This document shows positions 50,150 to 63,523 of a stretch of 64,000 bases of DNA, one piece after another. Every line of letters begins with the position of its first letter. Position 1 is the stretch's first letter. Made by a program: the position numbers and the translations under genes. Under the pieces are notes generated by a model. That model was not told the DNA's origin. It was given only the letters and a program-made list of their open reading frames with translations, and ran no database searches. This DNA comes from Bugula neritina (taxonomy: Eukaryota; Animalia; Bryozoa), in contig OZ037768.1 of the NCBI GenBank assembly GCA_964035545.1, forward strand, positions 6,232,741 to 6,296,740, given 5' to 3'.

Positions 50150-51150
50150 ATTCTAATGCTGATGTTGAATCATTATGATTATGACTATCATTATAATGAA
50201 CTAAAACTATTATTTTATTATCATTTTCATTATGATAATGCAGCCAATGATATATCTGTAACGCTTATTCTAGGTGAATATTCATTATTAATATCTAAAT
50301 AGCAAATCATATTATCAAGTCTATAAGTATAACTAATAGTAATAACTTTAAGTTTAAGTTCAACTTGAGTATAACTTTGTCTTTAGTATAAGATTAAGTG
50401 TAACTATAACTGTATAAGTATAACATTAACATTATGATTATGATTAAGTTTAACTATAACTAAAAGTAAAACTATAAGTATAACTACGTATTACTATTAG
50501 TATTACTGTATAGTATTTTTATTAGTATTACTATAACATTAACATCAGTGTCACTATGACTATGTCTGAGTCTACTCTATTCAGTATTCACCATTGCTAT
50601 TGTGGTCCTCACAGTCACTGGCTCATAAGTCATAACTCATAGTCATTGTTGATTGTGATTATTATTGACTTTCATTTTGAGTTTGATTGTCAGTTTTACT
50701 ATTTGACATTAGTAGTACTATTAGTTTAAGTATCACTATGATGCTAGATTTGGTAAATTAAATGTTTAAGTTGAATTACTAATCATAAATAAACAGTAAA
50801 TAATACTAAAAATAAAACTGTATAAATAATCGGATAATTGGTTTAAGTAGCATTGACTAGAACATTCAATTTATATTTAAACATGCACTACCTATGTTTT
50901 TTTTAGTAGAATTTAATAAACGTATCATAATTCCAAAATAATGTAAAGTAAAAGACACATTACCATTTATCAATTGAAATTCATTAAAGTTTATTGGACC
51001 TTAATTAATAAATGTGTCATTATCCATTCATACTTATAGTTATACTTGTAGTAATACCAATGCCAATAGTATTGCTAATAATAAAGTTGAAAGCCAGTCA
51101 CTGGATCACCATGATTATCAGTATTACTATTACTATCAGCATCATTATAT
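50150..51150. repeat. Degenerate 6-nt-period low-complexity repeats (AACTAT/GATTAT/AGTATC type)
   Basis: Runs such as taactataactgtataagtataac and attatgattatgactatc. Confidence 0.7.
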
Positions 51151-52382
51151 GTATAGTTTTCTCCCAAGAACAATAAGAGATATGAGGATCAGCACTGATC
51201 ACACACAGACAGGCTAGTTAGCCTGTTAAGTTAATCTGCACAAGAATGTTAACACTTTTTAGATTACTGTCCAAGTACTGACAACTTAGTTTTTTATATG
51301 AGGCACACCCCTTCTTCCCTCTAGGGAGGTCCAGTGTGGAAATAACATCGACAGGTATCGACAGGTATTATCATAATCATAGTGACTTAGACTGTGATTA
51401 TCAAACTCCATAAACAATGATACTGAATCCGTTGGTGATAATGATAATTATACATTTTTACTTTTAGTATTATCTACTGTTTATTTATCATTAGTAGGTC
51501 ATCTTTAACATTTTATTTACCAAATCTAGTTTAATGTAAACAGCTGTTTCTACAGTGCAGCTGTATTTACAACCACTGTGATTTGATACTATCCCAAATT
51601 TTAGTACATCAAAAACTCTCTATTACTATTAGCAAACAAAATTAAAGCAATAAAATCCCCACATTTCAATGTTGAAATAAGTTTAACACATTCATTTTAA
51701 AAATTCAAATTCAATCAGTAGTTTATTTTATAAGTTTTTTAGTGCCACAAAGACTAGCAAAGAGTTTACTGCTCTTGAAACATGACATAGAACTAAATGC
51801 ATGCATGTAACAGGAGCATTTAAAATGAATGTATTGTTTTCCTAAATAAAAACAATACTAATTACCAATAGAAAATCTAGTTTTCATTTATCAGCAAGTG
51901 TTTGAGCATTGAAACTGAAATAAAGAGAAAGGTAGTACATGGATATTATGCTTATGGGACCCATTGTTATCAAGAAAAATTAATGGTTGAAATGGCTTTA
52001 TTGGAATAAATATAAACATTGAACCACTATAGATTAAGGAAACTATTTCTAATTTGAAACAAAAATCAACTGTTTACTCTAACTGAAAGTTATTAAGTTT
52101 AGGAACAATTTAAAAAATAAAATAGTTAAAAATGAAATTTATGTTTTGAAGAATAAATAATTTTAAACTTAACAGTGTTTTAAGCACTCTGAAGAATATC
52201 TTTTTTAGCGCAAAAATTTTGTAGCACAGTGCCATCAAAGCCTATTCTTAAAGCTTCCTACAATGTTAGACCATCACTTATTGAGCAGATCACTTTAAAG
52301 CATTTAGTAAACCTGGTTGATGTGGTTATAAGTCAGGAACTAATTTTCAATAAAACAAATTATTTTTTTTAGAATATAAATA

Positions 52383-55300
52383 ATGGGAAACTGCTGTGGA
52401 AGATGTCTCAACATTTTCTATAAAAGGTTTGTATATTTTATGTACTTTTAAAATTTCTTTTTGTGTTCTTATGCTTTTATATTAAGGGGGAGAGCTAAAC
52501 AACTACTTATGCAAAATTTTATTTGTAAGAAAATGAAGAGCCAATTGGATAAATTCAGAATATAAATCTCAGCCTGTATTTTATTTTTTAATTGCAGAAG
52601 AGTTCTGAGGCAATATACAGCTTTAGATGGTTCCACGTCGCCTGATCAGGTAAGTGAATGGCGTTTTGACTACGCTTCTGCTACTCCATCAATATTTTTT
52701 TAGTTTTAAAGAACTATTATGGTTATTAGAAATATATCATTGATAAAAATTATATATTCATCATCTTTCACTGTAGAAAGATTTTTTATTTACAGGTTGT
52801 TTCGATTTTATCATGTTAAATGATATGGCTGGCTACAAGTATAATGTAATTTGTTTGTCTGCTTCGAACAACAAATTTTATTCGAAAAATATGTTATTGC
52901 TGCAAATGCTAATGCATGTTGTAGGGAGAATCCCTATTTGATGAGGATGATGGGGTGAGTGTGAACTAGCTAACTAGTAAAAATAGCAAAATTTTCTTAA
53001 CCTTTGCTAAGAACCTTGAATAGAAAGCGTCTTTTTTTATATCCTAAACATCTAAATTTTGTGTTGCCTCTTGGCTACCGTTTGTTACCATTGATTTGTA
53101 GCACTACTTTTTGGTCAAAGTAACTTATTCAGTTGGTACATTTTTGCTGAATATTATTGGAATAGAGGTTGTATTGTGATATACTGGATAATTTATTGCA
53201 TATATGATAGTTATAGATTAGAGTTCGTATCTGTGATGTTCTGTTGGGGAGAAACTAGGTGAACGTAGTAGGTGTAGTAACTTGTGGGTGCGCCGAACCA
53301 CAGTCTGCGCAATCTCTGGTTGTACTCAACAAATCGTCATTGAAATTTAGTTGTATTTAGCAAATAGGAAAATACTTAATTCTTAAGCCATTATATAACT
53401 TACATTTTGATAATGAAAGAACTGTATCTTATTGAACAATGATGAACTTGACTATCTTATATATTTAAAAACATAACAGTTGGTTAGGATCTCTTTATTA
53501 AGGACTTCCAATGTGCTGATGGAATCATTTGTCTGCAGGCACTTGGTGTGGTCTGACAGTAATTACATAGACAGTGATTTCTAATGGTTTTTATTGGAAG
53601 TCTGCATTCAGTAATGAGCAATTAGGTTGTTCTTGTTTTTGCATATGCTTATATTTTCTATTCTAGGATGGCTTCATAGGTTCTGGCCATGCTGGCAACA
53701 GGTAAGAACTGCTGTTACATAGCAGATTTAACTCGGAGTTGTCACTTTCTTACTACTGCTATTTTGTGCTTTCATCAGGTTTTTTCAATGGCTATTGAAA
53801 TATTTGCTGAGTTGGTTTTTAAAAAAAGTTTTGAAAATTATTTTTTTATTAGTTTTCTCATTTGCTTATTTACACATTATTTTGTGAAAATAGCTTTGCT
53901 TTCCAAAGGAACTTGTCACACCATAGCTAGCCACACCTAATGAATTAATTTATATAGATTATAGATTTGTGTTTGCAGTTCCTCATCACCAGCTGCTATC
54001 ACAGAGAATGAGAAGCTCTTGCTCCAGTCTAAAAACTATGCTGCAATCATCAGTTCACAGAGAGCTTTTGATGAGCAAATCGACCGGCAGGTATGTCCAC
54101 TATTACTTCATCACGTATACATGCAACAGGTATGTCCGCTATTACTTCGTCACGTATACATGCAACAGATAGACTTGTAAGGGAAGGTGACATGAACTAT
54201 CGTCCTGCTAAAGTGATAAAAGCTAACAGTAGTTTTAATGTTGGTTTTATCATTACAAATTTAATCAAATTATTGTAGGACTGCATTTAATTAAATACTC
54301 TTTGCTAATTATTTTTCCATTTGTTCGACTTTTACTAGAATATTGTGCAAAGTGAAAACTATCAAACCAGAAGTTGCATAAAATTCACCTAATTCCTTCA
54401 TCTATTGGCAGAACACAAAATTTATTGCGAATTTTGTTGTAAGCAGTTGAAATATGTAAGGTACTTGACTGATCTAGGATTACTTTCAGCATGTAATCAT
54501 TCTATTCTAGTATCAACTACAGTGTTCTTACAATAATGCATTAAACTGGCACACTGGCAGCTGCAGCCTTTGTTGCAATGCCATTGTATTATACATATTA
54601 TATATGGCCCATGTCTAATAGCTACTCATGTTTATAATTTTAACACTAGTTATTGGTTACATTATATTTTATTGTTATTTGAAATAAGTATATAAAATTT
54701 ATTCTAAAGTTTTAAACTGTTGTAATTTTTCGAGGTAATAATTTTAGCAATTGTTCTACAACTGTTATTTTTGACGAAGTTTTTGTGTGTTTTTTTAAGC
54801 TAGCAGAGCAAGAAGAAAAACTAAAGAGAGAAGAAGAGGAACTGCTAAAACTTCGATTAGCTAGAAGTCAACAGAAATCAGGTTCAACCACAAATAAAGT
54901 CCCAACCAACACAGAATCAGAAGTTCCGTGGACAGGAAACACTGAAAGTTCTGAATGGAATGTGTAAGGAATATGTGACAAAAATTTAGTTCTGATTCTA
55001 TAAATGTTATATCTAATGTTTGTAATAGGAATTTTGAGTTGTGACATCATTTTAATTTCTGATGTCACACTTCCCCTATCTGTTCATAGATATGCTTTGG
55101 TATACACACCTGTTTCACTAGCTACTGTTATGTTTAAGTAATATAGACTTTGATTGTTGAATATGATGCATGTATGGGCTGTTCCTTTTAATTTTAGATA
55201 TGTAGTAGCATTGGTTTAACATGTTTCCTTTACTCGCATGATATTTTGCATTAGTTGCTTACGTTTAGAAACTTTTTGTTAATGTTGGGGAAGTATCTGA

Positions 55301-56221
55301 AAACTTTTGTCGTGTCATTAGAAAGTTCGAAATTGTTTTCACTTTGCAAAGCAAAATGCTATGTGCGCATTGAACATATCTAGTTTATAATGCTAACAAG
55401 TAAGGGTCTCTAATTGACACAAAGATGTCTAAATATAACTTAAATATACTTTTTTGTCTAGCATTTCTCACGGGTGCACATGTAATTAATTCGAGTGAAA
55501 AAATGGTAAAACTTTGTCAAAATACTAGATGTTTTTTCTAAATATTTAGATCATTTTAATCAATTGTTTGGACATATATGTATTATTGTTGATTGCTATC
55601 ATTCTGTTGTAATATAATGTTCAGATATTTTAATGTATGCTATTTGGTTTTCTAGTGCTGGTGGAGAAGATGATTTTGACATGTTTCTAGACTCTATAGC
55701 AAGCAGAGATAAATCTCAAACTGGTTCGTATATTCTATTATATTAGCCATTAGTTAGTTTTTTGCCATCTCTTAAATAATTTACTCTCGATCTTCTGAAT
55801 TGCTGTGTGTTATATAAAGTGAACTTGACTAGAGTAATGTATGTTTCTGTAATTTGGACATGTGTGAAGTATGTTTCATAAATATGATCACAATAAACAT
55901 TATATACATTAGAATCTTGGTTTAATGTGGTTTCTACCAGCATGTCACTGGAAATGGTATGTATGTGAGTGGGATAAAATTTTATCATGTGCATTTTGTA
56001 GCTACTATCATAAAGTTTTTGGGAAACCACTTCAGAATTTTCTCTATGCTTTACAGCTTACCATTTAGCTCACTATTTGACCATCCTCTGTGTAGCCAGT
56101 AAACTCACTACCATGTCTAGTAGCTATATGGTGACTTACTTTCTATTATATTGTTACAGTAACTTCAGCAGATGATGAGATAAATGAAGAAGATTTTGTG
56201 AGTGGATTTTCACCATCCTGA
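52383..56221 (+). CDS. AP1AR: AP-1 complex-associated regulatory protein (gadkin/gamma-BAR) homolog, 8 exons
   Basis: Exons ~52383-52426, 52598-52649, 52925-52954, 53667-53701, 53979-54090, 54800-54963, 55656-55723, 56160-56221 give MGNCCGRC (myristoylation/palmitoylation-type N-terminus), ITENEKLLLQSKNYAAIISSQRAFDEQIDRQLAEQEEKLKREEE, GGEDDFDMFL and EEDFVSG. These match human AP1AR MGNCC, LALQEEKLRLEEE, GPEDDFE and ENDFVSA as recalled. Confidence 0.85.
54091..54168 (+). repeat. 39-bp tandem duplication of an intron 5' end
   Basis: gtatgtccRctattacttcRtcacgtatacatgcaacag occurs twice (54091-54129, 54130-54168). Confidence 0.95.
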
Positions 56222-57050
56222 CGATAAAACGCTAAGTTCTATTACAACCATGCAAAGAGCATCATCTTCTCTCAAATCAGTGTCTATATAGTTTTACTAT
56301 ATCTTATTTATGCATTCACACATCATCCAAGTGTGTGTAAAGGCTAAATTATCTGACACCAAAGTCTTATAGAGACTGTAGTCATTAAATCACCTTAACT
56401 TTAGTACTGCTTGAATAACTCAGCCTAATACTCCAACCATATTGGCCTGCCGTTGCTAACACACCATGTGCTTATTTAAAGTAGTTGTAGTGCCCCTTTC
56501 ATATATACATGAGCTCTCCTAGTCAGTCTGTTGAGTGAAATAACCAACTGGTCTTTATAGAATGCAATACTTGACTCATTCCAGCTATTTATCTAAGACT
56601 TTCTTATGCCACGTTTCTTTTAATGTATTTTCTAACTTATATAAAATTATAGTAACATAAATTTTGAAAAAAATGTGCAAGTTATTTATGAATCATCTTG
56701 ATTTATTATGCTACTCATGGAGTAGTAGATTTTGTAAAAATATGAAAATTGGTGGTGCAAAAATTGTTTTTATAGTGTAACCCTGCTGCATGAAATAAAC
56801 AATTATATAAAATATATATGAAAATGTAGAATATAAACGTTATATAAAGTTTTACAGTAAATAGTTGAGGTAAACACAATGTACAATTAACACTTTGTGC
56901 TAGCTCAGTAGCTTAAAACCTTCACAAATGACATTTATGAAGGTCAAGACTTGAAACATGATTACAATAGGCCACTTGAGTTGATTTATAAAAAAATAAT
57001 ATAGCTGTTTCAACACTAGCTCATTCGAATAGGCGTTCCTTCCTACAAAT

Positions 57051-59376
57051 TTATGACAGTCGTAGTTTATCTGTAAAATAGTGGTCGCACATCAGTATAG
57101 GACATTGGTTAAACTCTGATGTGTAGTCATAGTAAATCACATGTTCTATAGGATTGTGCCACTCTCGGCCCTCGTATCCACATTCTTCTAGTGTCAAATT
57201 GAGTGGTAACTCGGACTCACTTGATCTTGTCTTGTCTCGGAATATTGTGATAGTAGTTGATCGAATACCAACTTCGGATTTGATAAGCTCAATCAGTCCA
57301 TATATTGTCAGATGCGTATGTAAAACTTTGGTGAAGTGACAAGGGTGTTTTTTCATTGTATCCGCAAATGTAATCAGCATCATTGTAACTTCGGCATACC
57401 TTATAATTCAAATATAAAGCGTTTGCAAACCAATGACTTGCAAAACAGTAAATCTTGCTTAAAAACCACAACTATTACTTTAAAATTCAAAGTGAAAGAT
57501 AAAATTAGTGTACAGTCTTGTAATAATAATTATTCTATTGCAATTAAATAGCTTTCGGTGTTTTTATTTCTTGTTAATATTTCACATCAACATACTACTA
57601 ATAATGTTAGTGTTTCAGGCTGGCAAAACCACTTATGTAGGTTGTGTAAAATGAATGCAAGTTAACCTTTATTACTAATATTTAGCAACAAAAAATTGTG
57701 TGCATCATTTCACGTTGCAAACCAAATTTACATTCATGCTCTGAAAAGTATGCATTCCTAGCATAAGTTACTTACTTTATTGTAACATCAGGTGGAGCCC
57801 ATAAACCAACTTTGCAACAAGTGCAGTGCTTGATGTCTTTTGCTGACTGGCCTCTAACCAATGTATAACTGCTGACTGACTCGGCATCACTATCGTCACC
57901 TTCGTCATAGTCCGCACCCTCTTCATCTATAGCAATTTTCCTACATATCCAAATCAAGAATAGTTTTGAGAAACACAAACATGAAAACCATATATGTTTT
58001 TTGAACATGATAAGATAAAGTTAGTGTTGTGTCAGGTATTATTTATAAGTTTATCATCACAACAATAAAAGCATTAAGATTGGTGAATTTACTTACATAA
58101 AATAACGTAATCCTTCCCCTAGCTCCATATACTCAATATCTCCTGTGTTTTGACTATCTAGCAGTTTACAAAGCAAATGCATTTCAACCATATTCAATGG
58201 GGAGTCCATGTCAAACAAAGCTAAAAATAGAATACATGATACTGCAAATAGATTTGACTTACAACAAGCATATCAAAATGTCAATGTTTTGTATTAATAC
58301 TATTAGATAAGCAAATAAAAAAATTATCTTTGATCGTGTCAACGTATTTTTGAAAACATTGTTCTTTGATTTAAATTGTTGTAAAATAAAGTACCTGACT
58401 TCATTTGGTCGTAACTTATCACTCCTTCAGCATTTTCATCCATAAGAATAAATATGCTCTTTAGGTTCTTGCCATTTTTTACTAGCCATGAATCAGCAGT
58501 TTGTACAAAGTGCTGGTATTTTATTTGATTAGCTTTAAGAAGATCAGCCCCTTTTTCTAGTTTGACAAGTATTTTTTCAGCTAAAGATAATTTGGTTTTT
58601 TTAGAGCCTTTCTTTTTCTTCTTGCTATCAACTTTTGTTCCACCATCAATATTTCCGTCGTTTTCAATTTCGACACCATCTTCGCTAGAAACAGTTGTTT
58701 TAACTCAAATTAAAATCAAGACAGTATAATTTGTGTATATAAAAGTTTAAAAATATTGGCAAACACATAATGTTAATCATTATTGTTTGATAGTTTTTAA
58801 CTAAATTTATACATAAATGTATGGTAAACATAAATCTTGAAAAAATTATTCAATGTAAAAATAAAACAATAAAATATTGAAAACAGTTACATAGAAAAAA
58901 TGACATTTATTTATAAAACATATTTTCTGTTTGCTGGTGAACTGTTAGTTGTATCTGTATGATCATTACTCAAGACTGCCACTAGCATAGCATATACAAC
59001 TCAAAATATTATTAATTGTAATAAAAATACCTAAGCTTTTGCACATTACTAATACAACCACTGTCAATGTTGCTTTTTTGTTGCTATTAGAGAGCCTTAT
59101 AATTCAATTGTTTTAGTTTGACACTGAAAATAACTATTTCTTAAAAAAGATTTTAAGCTATTAAATTCATATATCTTAAAATTGAAGCAGGGGTTGCTAT
59201 TTTTCTATGCACAAAACATGTGCATGATAGAATAAGCATGATCAACACTTTGACCTACATGCAAAATTTCAGCAGCCTAAACTTAGTAAAAAAAGGCTAT
59301 TTACGTACTTTGAAGGTGTTTTTTGAACGGTTTTTTTCTTTTTGGTTTTACCCACTTTCTTCTTTTTTCCTGCCAT
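57051..59376 (-). CDS. Uncharacterised protein: Lys-rich N-terminus, EF-hand pair, acidic linker, CxCC, possible ubiquitin-like C-terminal domain; 5 exons
   Basis: Exons ~59376-59309, 58684-58395, 58221-58097, 57940-57776, 57399-57051 splice in frame: MAGKKKKVGKTKKKK../..IFILMDENAEGVISYDQMKS/ALFDMDSPLNMVEMHLLCKLLDSQNTGDIEYMEL../..HCTCCKVGLW../..HPCHF..IFRDK..LPLNLTLEECGYEG..YYDY..CPILMCDHYF. Confidence 0.8.
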
Positions 59377-59867
59377 AGTAATATTGCTAAAATCACAGTA
59401 GGGGTTACATTTGGATGATACAATTTAACCGCAGCTCATTTTGCTTTTGAAATTAAATTACTTTTCGAAAGTTACTTTGTAAAATAACTTACATACATTA
59501 TCACACTCACTGGTTAACAATTTCAAGCCACTAACTGAATAACTTTGAGCTTGCTATGCCCAGTAACTGTATATGTTTCTCATACTTGCAACTTTAAAAG
59601 AATTTAGCCCACTCACACTAATCTGAGATTAAACATAAAGTTTGTGATTTATATACAAGTTGTAACTGCAAGTAATCATTATTATACCAATATACTTATA
59701 TTTTTTTATAATCGTGCTAAATGAAGACAAAGCCTTATTCATATTCATGTAGGCAAAAAAATTGACCTTGAGAATGATACCTAAAAGCTTATGGCTTACA
59801 CCTCAACATCAATGTTCAAATTGACAGTACTATGCATTGTCGTTTTTGACAGACGCATGTCAATCAT

Positions 59868-59975
59868 CATCATTAGTCATACTAACAGTAATCGTGATAC
59901 TCATAGTGATTGTGATACTGATAGTCACACTGATGCTGATACTGATAGTGAATCGGAATGTGATACTCATACTTA
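59868..59975. repeat. Degenerate hexamer repeat (GATACT/CATAGT type)
   Basis: gtgatactcatagtgattgtgatactgatagtcacactgatgctgatactgatagtg... Confidence 0.75.
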
Positions 59976-60639
59976 GTGTAGCAGCCAAGAAACCATGAGA
60001 GAGATTCGAGTACTGTTAGAACTAACATTATTAAAAATATAATTTTTAGCACCTTTATTTGCGTTGAAAATTACTTCTCTATTTTATAAGCACGTAGGAC
60101 AAATCCTTAATTCATGTTGATGCTGACAAGAAAAACATTTATAAGGTTGCCTCGGCAACGTGGAAGTTTGCAGTTAAGTTTGTAGACCCGCAAATATAAA
60201 GCTAAAGATTCACAACAAAGTTTTGCATAAAATATTTATTTTAAAAGTTTTTATTAACAAAATATTTAAAAAAAATTTTTTTATTTTGTATTCTAAAATT
60301 TTATGGCTAGTTTGAAGCAATAATAATAATAATAATATAATAACCATTGCACTATAAGTTATAGTTTCAGTTCAGTGATAATAACAATCGAACAAAATAA
60401 AAACCACGAGAAGACAACTCGGTAAACGACTTTAAGGTTATCGAGATGTACTTTTATATCGCGAAATTAATTGTTGTCGCTATAAAGCGTACAGCCGCTA
60501 AATTGCAAGGCCGAATTACAGTTTATCGAAGGTGGTACTTGTTGCATCAAACACAAGAGCTGCTTACTTTTGTTTTGTTATTTTATGATAAATCATATAT
60601 GATATATTAGTCCTAATTTTATATACTATTCTAGGATAA

Positions 60640-60840
60640 AAAATTTTTAGTTTTCAATTTTTTTTAAAAAATGTCCATTCCTATGAGTACGAGTATGAGT
60701 ATCACTATCAGTATGAATACAGAATGAGAATAGTAAATCAGTTAGTGTTACTATTCTGTATTCATACTGATATTGATACTCATACTCGTACTCATAGGAA
60801 TGGACATTTTTTAAAAGAAATTGAAAACTAAAATTTTTTT
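60640..60840. repeat. Long inverted repeat (~80-bp arms) adjoining hexamer repeats; possible foldback/MITE
   Basis: TTTTAGTTTTCAATTT..AAAAAATGTCCATTCCTATGAGTACGAGTATGAGTATCA.TATCAGTATGAATACAGAAT is followed, after a short spacer, by its reverse complement. Hexamer repeats continue to ~61500. Confidence 0.85.
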
Positions 60841-63035
60841 AATTCTAAATATAATATCATAATCATACTGATACTCAGAGTCATACTCATACTCATAGGG
60901 TCAGTGATACTCATACTGATGCTGATAGTGATATTCATTGGGATTGAGTCATAGTCATACTCATAGTCATAGTGATACTGAATGAGTGACTGATACTTAT
61001 ACTTATAGTATAACTGGTCACTATAACTTAGTCTTATAGGTATAGTTATACTCATAGTCATACTCATAGTGATACTGATAGATTACTATGAGTTGTGACT
61101 TATGTGTAATCAGTATGAGTATCACTATCAGTATCACCCTGGCTTTGTCACTGTCAGTATGACTATCAGTATCACTCAGTATCAGTATGGGGATGAATGT
61201 CTGTAGACGTATTTGGGTAATGAATGAATCACTGAATGTAATTGTAACTAGTAAAGCTAAATGTAAATGTTAAGCCTAAAATTAATGAGGTAAACATAAT
61301 GTGATCACTTGAAGTTGAAGTTAATATAGCGATAATCATAATCATTATGATAAATTGATAATCATGATGATATTGATAATGACTAGATAAATTGAGTAAT
61401 CTCAACTCTGAGTTTCACTTGCGAGTTACTCCTAATCCTAGTCCTACTGTCCTACTCTTATGGTTACTTATACTATAGCTATTAGTCTTACACTTCGCTG
61501 TAAATTAAAATATATTTCTCATTACAATTATTCCAAGCATAAGAGCTTATAATCATGATATCGAATTTTAGACTATATAAAATTAAATAATAATTATAAA
61601 AACACTTAATTTTTTAAAATTTGGTTTATTAAAATCATAGCCAGTGATAACTATTAATATTAATGTGATTAAAATATGATTTAAAAGTTTTCGAAATTGA
61701 AGAAAGATTTGGAAATAAAAGTCAAGACAGAAGTGTTGCTCTACCAATAGTTTGCTCTACTCATTGGCAACATTAGAAACACTAGTGAAAACATATGTTA
61801 CGAATACATTATCCAACTGCTACAATGAATATGTATAAATATTTTATTACCAAGTGATCTCGCAATATGCATTCTATCACCTAACAGAAGTTGCATGGTC
61901 ACACTCTCCACTAGTAATACATTGAAGGATTTTAGTTTTATAAGCTGCTTATAAGTGTGAAAAAACTGCAGTAGTTTAAACTTGCTTTCTACCTGTAAAG
62001 GGCAGATATATTTTGCTGGCAAATGCAAAATTGATTTTACAGAGTTGATAAAATGTAACCATAAGCAAGTTGCTTGTCAACAGAAGTAATTTTTTAAAAT
62101 AAATGTATACTTTGTTTAGTAACGAAATAGTCAAGTATTAAACCTCAACCCAAAAGAAGTCTAGCAATAATAGATAATAAATAATTGTATCTAATGTTAT
62201 AATGTATTTGGTAGTCTAGGTTGATGGGTATATTGAAATAACATAATTGGGTGTCTCTAATTTGTTGTAGATGAAGGGTAATAAACTGTTGTATATATAT
62301 GAGCGCTTGCTTATATGATATGGGTTTAGACTTGAGTGTATCATTGTATTTCACATATCAATGAAACAATTGTGAATTAGCAATAGTGCTGCATTAAATG
62401 TCCAACTCATTCCATTGGTAATTTATCATACTGAGATTTGTGCACAATGTCCACATGCATTTAACCCTAGTAATTTAGTTTTATTCCTCAACTTTATACA
62501 AACAAAAGAAAATATTAAATATGTAATATCTACTATAACCTATTACCCTATCTTTTAACAAATTTATATCGCTAGCATGTATTATGGCTACTGTCAAAGA
62601 TTTTGATATTGGTTTCATTGATCAATATTTTTTGATATTGATAAATTTCGTTTGATTAGGTTCAGATTCAGAAATAAGGCATTACTAATGTTAAAAAAAT
62701 TTGGCCAAGAAATAAAGATATTTTAGATTTACCATTTATATTACCATGTTTTGTTACTGTTAATTTCTTTGTAACTTTAAGAAATATTGATGATTTAAAA
62801 CACTACCATGCCTAGGTGAAGTTGTATTAGTTGTCTACACTTTGTATCAGCACTACCTGTTCAACTATTGCACTATGTAATATTATTTACACCGTTCTCC
62901 ATTAAATTTTCAAGCAAATTTATTGTCAGCTTATTTTGTTCGAAGTTAAACATTTCACTAAATGTAAATAAGACTTCAATATTTTTAAATAATAATGCTT
63001 TCTTGGCAGTTGGGTGAAGACTGTTTCCAAGGAAA

Positions 63036-63523
63036 ATGAGTGGGTCTTCTAACTTCCTCTCTGATATTGGCAGGAAGCTGTTTATAGGTGGTAGACAGTT
63101 GACGATTGAAAGGATAATAGCAGAAGGTGAAGTTGTGAGAATATATCTGCAGTAACTTCAGCAATGATACACTGCACTCTATTCGAACATCTTGCTAGTC
63201 TATCTACACACTATTTGTTATCCGTGTGCAAAGTGAGGTTAAATAATGTATGCAGTGATTCAATCAAGGCTTGCTAAAAACTGTTTTGATTAACATTTAG
63301 CATGCCTTGATATAAAGGCTTTTTATTTTAATTTGTTAACTGTTAGTAATTTGCATAATAAAGCAATGTATTCATATGATTGATTAAACCCATGCGCTTC
63401 TTAGGTGGATATGGAGTTGTGTTTCTTGTACGGGATGGGGGAGGTCATAGATTAGCCCTCAAACGTCTCTATGTAAATGACATAGCCAGACTTGAAGAAT
63501 GCAAGTTGGAAATAGAAATTTTA
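63036..63523 (+). CDS. AAK1: NAK-family Ser/Thr kinase (AAK1/BMP2K-like), first two coding exons; continues beyond the window
   Basis: 63036-63127 and 63405-63523: MSGSSNFLSDIGRKLFIGGRQLTIERIIAEG/GYGVVFLVRDGGGHRLALKRLYVNDIARLEECKLEIEIL. This matches the NAK pattern IGRxFxIG..V..AEGGF.IVFLV..ALKRMxVN..CKxEI. Confidence 0.88.
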
